Below are positions 53,739 through 63,440 of a stretch of 64,000 nt of DNA, in pieces; the stretch's first letter is position 1; each line of letters starts with the position of its first letter. The notes under the pieces were generated by a model, which saw only the letters and a list, made by a program, of their open reading frames with translations, did not search any database and was not told where the DNA came from. This DNA comes from Ignavibacteriota bacterium. Its GTDB lineage: Bacteria > Bacteroidota > Ignavibacteria > UBA10030. The stretch lies in assembly GCA_963701295.1 (NCBI GenBank), contig OY969585.1, positions 1,952,001-2,016,000 on the forward strand. The letters are read 5' to 3'. A program made the position numbers and the translations under genes.

Positions 53739-54368
53739 ATGCTCAAAATTGTATCAGCAGAATTTTTACAGGGTGTTGTCGATCTACGACAACTTCCCAA
53801 AAATGAGTTATGCGAGATCGTGTACATTGGCCGATCAAATGTTGGCAAATCCTCATTATTAAACAAAATGTGCAACAAGAAAAACCTTGCGCGCACCAGG
53901 ACCGTTCCTGGAAAAACGCGCGAGATCAATTATTATATTATTAACAACTCGTTTTATTTTGTTGATTTGCCTGGGTACGGTTATGCAAAAGTACCGGAAC
54001 AAATGCGCGCAGGCTGGAAAAAATTGATTGAAGATTTCCTGAAACGCGGACAACCAGTTGCTCTAGCGATGCAGCTCATCGATTCACGTCAGGAGCCGAC
54101 ACCGCTTGACCTGATGATGATGGATTGGCTGGAATACTACGAAGTTCCCTATCTGCTTGTTCTCACAAAATCGGATAAACTTCCATTTAGTAAATTGGGG
54201 AAGCAAATTGAGCTCTATAAAGATCATTTTCATAGCCAGTTGACCGAAGGGTGCTGCCGTGGTATCGTGCCATTTTCTATTATCAGTGGTGACGGACGAT
54301 TGGAACTGCTCAAATTCATTGACTCTCATCTACAGACATCACCCAAGAAGAAAAAAGAAGCTGTGTAG
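53739..54368 (+). CDS. engB: Ribosome biogenesis GTPase YihA/YsxC
   Basis: GRSNVGKSS, PGKT, DLPGYGYA, TKSDK. Confidence 0.96.
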   Translation: MLKIVSAEFLQGVVDLRQLPKNELCEIVYIGRSNVGKSSLLNKMCNKKNLARTRTVPGKTREINYYIINNSFYFVDLPGYGYAKVPEQMRAGWKKLIEDFLKRGQPVALAMQLIDSRQEPTPLDLMMMDWLEYYEVPYLLVLTKSDKLPFSKLGKQIELYKDHFHSQLTEGCCRGIVPFSIISGDGRLELLKFIDSHLQTSPKKKKEAV

Positions 54369-54393
54369 AATTTTGCCACACTCCATTTCTTGA

Positions 54394-54431
54394 CGACCTC
54401 GAGCAGATATACTCGAGGTCGGTTTGTTTTT
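54394..54431 (+). terminator. Intrinsic terminator after engB
   Basis: CGACCTCGAG-N8-CTCGAGGTCG followed by GTTTGTTTTT. Confidence 0.75.
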
Positions 54432-54779
54432 GCTCCCCTATGAACATATCTCAAAACCCTCTTTGCTTGCTCAGCGAGTGATTTCGTCTGTTGAAATAAA
54501 CCATTTCAGTGGCAAAGCTAAGTGTACTCTATTTTCTTTATATTTATCATCCTTCCTCTCTGAAGCAGTAGGCTCGTCTTATTTATTTCGCTTGTTAAAA
54601 CCGCTTGAAAACGAATCTTTGAAAATCGGCAAACGGGCATACAATTTGGCTTAGATATGAAATCTTTCTTTTCTGATTTTTTTAAAAGGAGGCTAAGACA
54701 GACGCAGGCAGGAACATTTTGTTTTCGCCACAAGTGATTATTCACATGAAAAGAATCTTCAATATTTTCTAAAAAAGAC

Positions 54780-54808
54780 TTGACAAACAAAGCAACAAAA
54801 TATATATT
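54780..54808 (+). promoter_or_regulatory. Near-consensus sigma70-like promoter of the TBDR-PorV operon
   Basis: TTGACA-17 nt-TATATT; same -10 hexamer as the tRNA and str promoters. Confidence 0.7.
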
Positions 54809-54981
54809 CTTGCAAACAAAAAGTCGCACATACTCAAGAAGGAGGTGACGCGATTCCTTGCATGAAGAAATCTCACTGTATGTGAGGAAGCATTTTTTTG
54901 TTACCAATCCCATGTTTTTTTCCGCGACAGATATAAATTAATTATTCTGTGCCGTCTTATAATCTATAAAATGGAGGAAAT

Positions 54982-55725
54982 ATGAAACTTTCCATAACAT
55001 GGTGGCTGATTGTTTTATCGGGCATAATGTTGATTTTCTATGTGGGGGGTTGCGTTAATGTGAACAATCCGGATATCAGCACTGTTGATTATCGTTCTTT
55101 AGTAAAATTTGTTAATCTCTCAAAAATTGGCACAAGTGTGAGTGTAAAAGTGGATGGAAGTACCGTTGTTAATTCTTTAACCAATACTTCTTATTCGGCA
55201 TATGAGGATTTAGCATCTGGCACTCGGTTTTTTTCCTTTACGTATGCTGGCACTACTCCTGCAATTCAAGATACTTTTCATTATTCCCTTGCACCAAATT
55301 ACAAGTTTACATATTTCTTTGTGTCTGATCCTACAGCCGGAGATTCAACTCGTACCTACTGTTTAGTACCTGAAAGACAAACATATAGTGGTACAGTAGC
55401 ATCTATTCCAAACAATATTTTAGTACGTTTCATAAATTTATCAAATGATACTTCCGCTTCAGTAAGCGGCGGTGTACAGTTCCATCTTATTTACAGTACA
55501 ATTGACACAACAACCGATTTATTGGTTTTTAAGGGAGTCAGTCCCTATTATCAAGTCGCTCTATCTAACTCAGCTCAATATCTTGTTATGAGTGCGGATA
55601 CTTCGATACATACACCGCTCATTCCGTCGACATCCGTGTCTACAACACAAGGACGTTTTTCAGTTGTATTGTATGGATTCCAAGGTACAAACACATTGCA
55701 AACACAAGTTTATAAAGAAGATTAA
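54982..55725 (+). CDS. Lipoprotein with tandem DUF4397-like domains
   Basis: Lipobox-like VGGC at Cys24; repeated VKFVNLS / VRFINLS; VDG....L.....S.Y..L..G pattern. Confidence 0.7.
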   Translation: MKLSITWWLIVLSGIMLIFYVGGCVNVNNPDISTVDYRSLVKFVNLSKIGTSVSVKVDGSTVVNSLTNTSYSAYEDLASGTRFFSFTYAGTTPAIQDTFHYSLAPNYKFTYFFVSDPTAGDSTRTYCLVPERQTYSGTVASIPNNILVRFINLSNDTSASVSGGVQFHLIYSTIDTTTDLLVFKGVSPYYQVALSNSAQYLVMSADTSIHTPLIPSTSVSTTQGRFSVVLYGFQGTNTLQTQVYKED

Positions 55726-55741
55726 GGTAAAGGAGGATCGT

Positions 55742-58726
55742 ATGATGAAACAATACGCTGTAATTTTCTTCTTACTCTTATTGAGTTTCTCTATAGCGAG
55801 TGCTCAATATGGAAAAATAACAGGAGTGATAACCGATCAAGAATCAAAAGAGCCATTGGTTGGTGCGAATGTTGTTGTTGAAGGGACATCATTAGGAGCA
55901 GCAACGGACTTAAATGGGAGTTATGTGATTCTTAATATTGCTGCAGGAACATACACAGTTAAGGCTTCGTACATAGGCTACCAGACAATCACAATAACGA
56001 ATGTAAAAGTTCTTGCTGATCTCACGAGAGAGCTTAATATTAAATTATCGAATACGACTGTTCAGATCACTGCGATAACTATTGTTGCTGAAAGGCCTTT
56101 AATTGAAAAAAGTGCAACAAATGCTGTAAGAATTCAAGCAGCGGAAGATATTGAAAAGTTACCAGTGAGAGGTGTTCAAGGTTACTTCACATTAGAACCA
56201 GGTGTTGTTTTACAAAATGGCACTGTTTATATGCGTGGTAGTCGTAACGACGAAGTTGGCTTTTCTATTGAAGGCGCTGATGTAAGAGATGTTGTTGGAA
56301 CAACTGTGCGAAATAATGCTAATGGTAATTTAATAACAACAATTCCTGAAGCTCTGGAAGAAGTTACTGTTCAAGCTGGTGGGTATGGTGCCGAGTACGG
56401 AGGTGGAAGTGCAGGAATTGTAACTCAAACATTTAAGACAGCGGGTTCTGGCACCAAGGTTACACTTCAAGCAGAAACAGATAATTTTGGTAATTACCCC
56501 GGCAAAAAATTCCTAGGAACTTATTCTTACGGCTATTCAGATTATGTGATGACTCTCAGCACACCCATCACATCAGATAATATTAAACTCTTCGCAGCTT
56601 TGGAAAGTAATTTTCAGCGTGATCAGAATATTTGGTTCTGGTCAGGCGGCAATTTTGGATATCTCTATGACAATGGGGGAAGTGGAGGACATGCGGGTGA
56701 TTCAGTGCTCATGAACTGGAACAACGGTAACATCCCCGGGAGAATGAATAAACGATATACGGGTAATGGTTCATTGCTCTTCGACTTCAAACCTCTTGAA
56801 GTAAGATTTTCAGGCGCATACACATGGTCAAGAAATGAAAATAATAATTTTATCGCAGATATTTTTGATTTAGATCGTGCACCAACAGGAGACAATGATA
56901 ATTTACTCCTTAATGGTAAAGCGACTTATTTCCTTACAAATAGTACATTTGTTGAGGTTAATCTCAATTATGCGGATGTTCGGAATAAAACGTACGATCA
57001 GACATTTGGTGATGATCTCATTTCATATCTGGATAGCGTTGCAGCGGCACAACATGGATGGCAGTTTGCAAGTCTAACTCAAGATCCGCTCCCTTACAAC
57101 ATCAATGGATTTGAATTCAATAGGCCTGGAGCACCGATCGTTGGCAGTAACAATTCGTTACCGGGCTTTTTATATCAAAAGAATAAGAATACGTCGATGG
57201 GAGGATCTTTAGCAATATCATCACAAATGAATAAACATGAATTGAAAGTAGGTGGATCATTCAACTACTGGTCAGTCTCCCATTACGATGTTGATCCAGG
57301 ACTTATCTTCGCTTCGACTATAAACAATCCTGATATCGTAAGAGATCCTACGGCTTATGCAATGATGATGCGGACAGTGAATCATGTTAACAATTACGGA
57401 TTCGATGAATTCGGAAATCCTATTACAAGTGGATCAGACGGTCCCAAGCATCCATATTTTGCTGCCGCTTATATACAGGATAAAGTTGAATTAACTGATA
57501 TGATTGTAAATGCTGGTCTGCGTTTCGATGCAATTAATTTGGATGGATGGGCTTTTCCCAATGTAAGTGATCTCGTTGTTAATCAAAGTAATTTCACCAT
57601 ATCAAATTTAAGTAAAACGCCAGTCTATACATACGTTGAACCTCGAGTAGGATTTTCTTTCCCGGCATCAGATAAAACGGTTTTCCATTTGCAGTATGGA
57701 GAATTTGTTCAAGCGCCGCCATTATATAGTCTCTATCGAGGCGAAGCGTTTACAGTATATATTTTACAAAATGGGCATTATTTTGCGAACCCTGTAGGAT
57801 ATAATATACAGCCAGAAAAGACAACTCAGTATGAGATTGGTTTTTCACAGCAATTTAGTGATGTATCCGCTATTGATATTACTGGTTTCTACAAGAATAT
57901 TGCAGGTCAATTACAGACTTCAGTTTATAACATGCCAGCGTCACTTCTCCTTCCGGGGAATGTGTATTATGCATACTCGAACGGTGATTTTCAAAACGTG
58001 CTTGGCGTTGAGATAAGTCTGCATCTCAGAAGAATTGAACGATTTCAAGCAGATTTAAATTACACGCTGCAAGATTCACGCGGAACGAACTCCTACGCGA
58101 ATGGAACTATTGCTTTATTAAATACAGGTAGTACTCCTCCAAGTATGGTTGTTCCTTTGGAGTACGCAGAAACGCATCGCGGCTCTATCTCGTTAGATTA
58201 TCGGTGGGGAAAGAACGATGGCGGGCCAATTCTTGAGCAATTGGGATTCAATCTTCTGTTCACATTTAATTCCGGCCATCCATATACGTTGTCAACCGGC
58301 AGCGGCGGACAACAAGGACCGGATTTAGGAGCCATCTTGAATGATGCAGATGCACGAACAAGATTTCCTGTAGAACCGATAAACAACTCAGTAACTCCGT
58401 GGGCGTATGAATTGGATTTTCGAATTGATAAATCATTTTCGATAGGATCTTTTAATATTAATATTTATGCTTACGTTCAAAATTTGCTTAACACACAAAA
58501 TGTTACGAATGTGTACTATAGAACGGGTAATGCCTACGACGACGGATGGCTAAGTGATCCATTAGCAAGTGGAAAAACGGTTAGCAATCCTTCCTATGGA
58601 CAGACGTATTCAGGACTCTATCAGGTTATCAACCTTCAAAACAATCAAAATCAATTCCGACAAAATGGTTTTGTCAACTTTGGCACGCCGCGTCAGATAC
58701 GTATTGGTGCAAAGTTAGAATTGTAA
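55742..58726 (+). CDS. TonB-dependent receptor with N-terminal carboxypeptidase-regulatory-like domain
   Basis: AAGGAGG RBS, signal peptide; GKITG.ITD..SKEPL.GANV...G; plug MRGSR.DEV...IEG and GGYGAEYG; AAYIQDK, NAGLRFD, PEKT.QYE.G; C-terminal PRQIRIGAKLEL. Confidence 0.92.
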   Translation: MMKQYAVIFFLLLLSFSIASAQYGKITGVITDQESKEPLVGANVVVEGTSLGAATDLNGSYVILNIAAGTYTVKASYIGYQTITITNVKVLADLTRELNIKLSNTTVQITAITIVAERPLIEKSATNAVRIQAAEDIEKLPVRGVQGYFTLEPGVVLQNGTVYMRGSRNDEVGFSIEGADVRDVVGTTVRNNANGNLITTIPEALEEVTVQAGGYGAEYGGGSAGIVTQTFKTAGSGTKVTLQAETDNFGNYPGKKFLGTYSYGYSDYVMTLSTPITSDNIKLFAALESNFQRDQNIWFWSGGNFGYLYDNGGSGGHAGDSVLMNWNNGNIPGRMNKRYTGNGSLLFDFKPLEVRFSGAYTWSRNENNNFIADIFDLDRAPTGDNDNLLLNGKATYFLTNSTFVEVNLNYADVRNKTYDQTFGDDLISYLDSVAAAQHGWQFASLTQDPLPYNINGFEFNRPGAPIVGSNNSLPGFLYQKNKNTSMGGSLAISSQMNKHELKVGGSFNYWSVSHYDVDPGLIFASTINNPDIVRDPTAYAMMMRTVNHVNNYGFDEFGNPITSGSDGPKHPYFAAAYIQDKVELTDMIVNAGLRFDAINLDGWAFPNVSDLVVNQSNFTISNLSKTPVYTYVEPRVGFSFPASDKTVFHLQYGEFVQAPPLYSLYRGEAFTVYILQNGHYFANPVGYNIQPEKTTQYEIGFSQQFSDVSAIDITGFYKNIAGQLQTSVYNMPASLLLPGNVYYAYSNGDFQNVLGVEISLHLRRIERFQADLNYTLQDSRGTNSYANGTIALLNTGSTPPSMVVPLEYAETHRGSISLDYRWGKNDGGPILEQLGFNLLFTFNSGHPYTLSTGSGGQQGPDLGAILNDADARTRFPVEPINNSVTPWAYELDFRIDKSFSIGSFNINIYAYVQNLLNTQNVTNVYYRTGNAYDDGWLSDPLASGKTVSNPSYGQTYSGLYQVINLQNNQNQFRQNGFVNFGTPRQIRIGAKLEL

Positions 58727-58760
58727 ATAATTCATTCTGAACGGTCAGGAGATATCTACT

Positions 58761-61700
58761 ATGAAATATAAAAAGCTGGTGTTAATGATCTTTCTAGCTC
58801 TGTTGTTCGTCTCATTTTCCTCTCCTGGAAAAGATAATTCGAACAATTCAGCACATAAATTGTTTAAGAACACTGCTGGAGTCTCAAAAGCATTAATGAA
58901 TGCAAATAATGTGACAAGCTGGATAAGGCCTAATGGGTTCTTTAATTGGGATGTTGCACAATCATGGAATGGCGAATATCCAAAACTTTCAGGAGTCGGA
59001 ACAATTTTTGCCGAAGGTATTGTTTTTGGAGGCTTTTCTAATGATGGACTTTATACGAGTTCCCTGCGTGTCACAGGAAATACTTATTTCAATGGAATGC
59101 AGGCAGGAAGTATTTTGACTGCAAACGGCAATACAACAGGCGCAGAAGATCCATCCTCGTCAGCTGTTAATAGAGTATGGGGAGTACGGCCTGATGTTTC
59201 ACCATTTACTGCAACAAGTGCATATCCAAATTTAACGAATGATGCAGCAACATTTTTTCAAGTTTCTCCAGGTTCCGTGACTTCTTCTCAGATTCAAACT
59301 ATTGTCAATCAATATATTGCAGATTGGAATGAATGGCCAGCAAGTGCTCAGAATCCTAAGGGCGCTCCTTGGTACGTTGATACGGTGCAAGTTGTCAGAA
59401 ACGACAACAATTTTTCTGCATCAAATCCACACCATATTCCTGGTATGCCAGGGGCAACAAAAACCATATGGTTTGTCTGCAATGACCTAAATCCATCAGT
59501 ATCTGAAACTTTTGGCGGTTCTCCACCGATGGGTATTGAACAGCAAATGATGCTCTGGTCATATGCATCATCGACCCCATTAAACGATATGATTTTTAAA
59601 CAAGTAAAATTGATTTATAAGGGAAATCCCCATTCACCAGCGAATGCTGAAATAGATAGTATGTATATTGTTCAATGGGCGGATGGCGACGATGGAGATG
59701 CCGGGGATGATTACGCAGGATGCGATTCAACATTAGGCCTCGGATATCAATATAATTCCACTGCAACAGATGCAAAATACGCAGCTGTGGGTTTAGCTGC
59801 TCCTGCAGTTGGTTACGCCATTTTAAACGGCACCGCATATAAAACCGGCAATTTTAATGACAGCGCTGTTGTGAATTTCCAATGGCGGCACGGCTATAAA
59901 TATTGGAGTGCTAACCCGTTAAGTGCGTACGATTATTTTGCAGCTGGTTCACCGATAAGTGATCCGGATAACGGAACATATTCAGGAACGCAGCAATGGT
60001 ATAATCTTATGCGGGGTGATTTACCGCGACCGGCATATCCCGAGGCAACTCCGTATTATACTTCATCTACATATGCGAGCGCACATGGAATAGTAACGAA
60101 ATATTGCCCGAATGGTGATCCAACAACTGGCACCGGCTGGATAGATGGATTAGATATTGCAGCAGGTGACCGCCGAATGGTGAATGTTCATGGGCCATTC
60201 ACACTCAAATTACACGACACGGCTGAGGTTGTTATTGCACTCATTGATGCGATGGGTGCAGATAATATTGGTAGCGTGAAATTGTTAAGAAATAACAGCT
60301 CATTTGCAATACGAGCATTTCAAAATCTTTTTCAATTACCTGCTCCACCGCCTCCTCCATCGGTAAGCGTTTCCGCTCTGGACGCGGAAATCATACTGAA
60401 TTGGGGTGGACCTCAAAGTGCAAACCTGGAATCAAGTTTTAATAGGGGTTACGCTTTCGAAGGGTACAACATTTACCAGTTTGCAACACCAAGCTCAAAA
60501 ATTGAAGATGCTACAACAGTAAAAATAGCAACGTATGATATTGTTGATGGCGTTAAAGTAATTCTCGGCCCTGCTATAGACCCAGCGTCTGGGGCAGCTA
60601 TCACGAAAGTTTATGAGAATGGTAATGATACAGGATTGAAAAGGGTCTTTGACCTTACAAAAGATTATTTACGACAACGTCCTCTGGTAAATGGTCAGGC
60701 ATATTACTTTGCTGTTACGGCATATACGTATGACCCATACTGGAATGTTGATACATCGCAATATTATTCGCCAGGTTCGCCAACGTTGGAGAGTAATCCA
60801 CTTATCCTTGTAATAACACCGCATTCAGTAAATCCAGGTACGCGGCTAACAGCTCAAGCTGGAAGTGCTGTCCAAGTTACACATACTGTTGTGGACTCGA
60901 CAAAACCATCAAGTGATGGAAGTGCTACTGTAATAGTCGAACAACCCGATAAGTTAACAGGCGACAACTACATTGTTAAATTCGACAGTACAGGAGCTAA
61001 TTGGTTTGTTGTCGACGCCACTCAAAATGTGACAGTGGCAACAGGTACTAATGAATCTGGAGACAGTAATTATCCTATTGTTGATGGAATACAGGTTATT
61101 ATTCAGGGACCACAACCCGGAATGAAAGAATGGACAATCCCTTCAGGAACTCGGCGATTTTCTCCAGTTGGAGGGTGGGGAGGTCTAGGGCTTGAAGGAT
61201 TTAGGTACTGCTGCTGACCCATTTGCGTATGACGAAACTGCCGGTACTATAGGTATGGCAGGTCATTTTGCATTTGGCGGTGTAGGAACAACATTGACAA
61301 CTGCACAGCAGTATCATACGGTGCTTTTAAAATTAGCAGCTGTAGACCATACAAACCTATGGGATCCAAAATCTGCACCTACAGATGCTAATTTTTCACT
61401 TGGCTATAGATGGGTGCGGCATGCATCTGCTGCAGCGGATACTATTCCTGCGTTTATGCCATGGATTATTAATCAAGGGAGTGGATATCCGTATCAAGAT
61501 TTTAATTATTCTGTACCTTTCTCAGCTTGGGATATGTCTACTAATCCACCGACTCGCCTTGTCGTGGGAATGTTTGAAAATAATGATCCTGGTGCATCTG
61601 TTGATGGAAGGTATTGGCCACCATTAACAACTGGAGATAATTCGGTAAACCGTGAATTTTGCTTTATCTTTAGTAAGCCATATTCGACGACACCGGATCC

Positions 61701-62214
61701 TACATTTGAAAATAATCTTTCTAATAATTCATCGATGCCTCTTATGTGGGTCATGACTTGCAATAGGCGTGCTGATGTGGACTGGGTTGCTGGTGATCAA
61801 TTTGAAATTATCGCAGCAAATGTGAACGGACCGAATGATATTTTCAAATTTAAAGTACCATCGGTTATGTACTATGCTGATTCAGCAAAGTTAGACGTTG
61901 ATAAGATCAATGTATTCCCCAATCCATATCTTGGTGTACAAGCACGAGAAACGAGTCGTCTTAATAAATTTGTGACGTTTAATCATCTGCCTGCAAGTGC
62001 GACAATTCGAATATTTAGTTTGTCAGGCGTGCCGGTCAAAACTATCACAAAAAATGATGCAACACAGTTTGCGACATGGAATCTTTTGAATGACCACAAT
62101 TTGCCTGTAGCAAGTGGAATCTACATTATCTATGTTGATATGCCAACACTTGGGAAATCGAAAATCCTCAAGTTAGCGCTCGTTCAAGAAGAACAAGTTT
62201 TACCGAACTATTAA
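58761..62214 (+). CDS. Large secreted protein (~1150 aa) with T9SS-like C-terminal domain; split into 58761-61217 and 61192-62214 by an apparent +1 frameshift near 61204
   Basis: Signal peptide; DGDDGDAGDD; PAPPPPP linker; FN3-like FEGYNIY..NGQAYYFAVTAY; C-terminal INVFPNPY...IRIFSLSG..VKTI...W...VASGIYI. Deleting one G in ttt agg tac gives F-S-T-A-A-D and joins the frames. Confidence 0.75.
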
Positions 62215-62263
62215 GATGACCATGATTTTATTATGACTCCAACTAAATTCTAAGGAGCGAATT

Positions 62264-63301
62264 ATGAAAAGAAAAGTTTTATTAATATTAACATTATCAT
62301 TTCTGGTGCTGAGCATGTTTACCATTTCTGCTTTTGCACAGAGCAAAGCAGGAACATCAGCAGCTCCAGAATTGCTTATCCCGCTTGGCGCACCAGAAGT
62401 GTCAATGTCGGGTGCTGTTATTTCTTTTGTTTCCGGACCAAGTGCAATTCCATGGAATCCAGCTGGTCTCGATGTAGGCAATGTCAGTGCAAGTGCATTA
62501 TTTTCTCATCGATCATACATCGGAGACATCGGCATTAATTACGCTGCAGTAGCAACCAGGATATCTTCATTTGGCACATTAGGATTAACATTGCGTGCAT
62601 TTAATATCGGCCAAATCTCTGTAACAACAGAGGATCAACCAGATGGAACTGGAGCTTTTATCAATCCGACTTTCTTTACGCTCGGGCTCACATATTCAAA
62701 ACAGCTTACCGATCATGTAAGTATTGGTGCTACAATGAATATAGTGAATGAAAGCTTCTCAAATGTCAGTGCGTCTGGTATTGCATTTGATGCTGGTATT
62801 CAGTATAGAAATCTTGGAGACGTTGCAGGATTGAGCTTGGGTGTTTGTGTAAACAATATAGGAACATCTATGCAATTTAGTGGATCAGATTTGTGGTTAC
62901 CAGCAACAGCAACAGATCTGTCACGAGGTATAACATACTACAAGGTAGAAGCAGCGAGTGCACAGATGCCTTCTATTATCCAAATTGGCTTAGGGTATGA
63001 AATGAAACTCGATGAAAACACCGGATTGAAGCTCGGGATCGCGTATGAAAATAACAACTATGGTATTGATGAATATAGACTTGGCGCTGAGTTAGGACTT
63101 GTGAAATCCTTGTTCATACGAGGCGGTTATATCTATAGTACTGATCCTGCTGGAGCTAAATCGATTTTCCAAAATTATTCATTTGGATTAGGTGTTGATT
63201 TGAAGGAGTACCTTGGAGTTCCAATAAGTATTGATTATGCGTACATACCAGTTCAATACTTCAGTGCGAACAGTATTTTTGATATTCATATTAATTTTTA
63301 G
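62264..63301 (+). CDS. PorV/PorQ-family (UPF0164, FadL-like) outer-membrane beta-barrel
   Basis: Signal peptide, KAGT.AA..L.IP.GA...MSGA, WNPAGL, TT..QPDGTG, AFDAG.QY, IDYAY, C-terminal Phe. Confidence 0.85.
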   Translation: MKRKVLLILTLSFLVLSMFTISAFAQSKAGTSAAPELLIPLGAPEVSMSGAVISFVSGPSAIPWNPAGLDVGNVSASALFSHRSYIGDIGINYAAVATRISSFGTLGLTLRAFNIGQISVTTEDQPDGTGAFINPTFFTLGLTYSKQLTDHVSIGATMNIVNESFSNVSASGIAFDAGIQYRNLGDVAGLSLGVCVNNIGTSMQFSGSDLWLPATATDLSRGITYYKVEAASAQMPSIIQIGLGYEMKLDENTGLKLGIAYENNNYGIDEYRLGAELGLVKSLFIRGGYIYSTDPAGAKSIFQNYSFGLGVDLKEYLGVPISIDYAYIPVQYFSANSIFDIHINF

Positions 63302-63324
63302 TTGGAATAAATATATAATTTACC

Positions 63325-63361
63325 AAAACCGTCAATGGAGAGGACATTGGCGGTTTTTTTT
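63325..63361 (+). terminator. Intrinsic terminator closing the TBDR-PorV operon
   Basis: AAAACCGTCAATG-N7-CATTGGCGGTTTT followed by a T-run. Confidence 0.85.
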
Positions 63362-63440
63362 ATGCTTACTTGAAAATTTAGTATTACATTCTATTTATAG
63401 AATCGCTAACAAGGTTAGACCATACGAGAATCATACGTAA

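Noticed and set aside
54620-54720. GGCAAAC...GACGCAG resembling a c-di-GMP-I riboswitch
   Set aside because: Spacing and P2/P3 stems do not fit, and it lies upstream of the predicted promoter.
54518-54913. 131-aa minus-strand ORF (and 54424-54654 on +) in the engB-lipoprotein spacer
   Set aside because: No recognisable motifs, atypical composition, and it overlaps the promoter and leader of the plus-strand operon.
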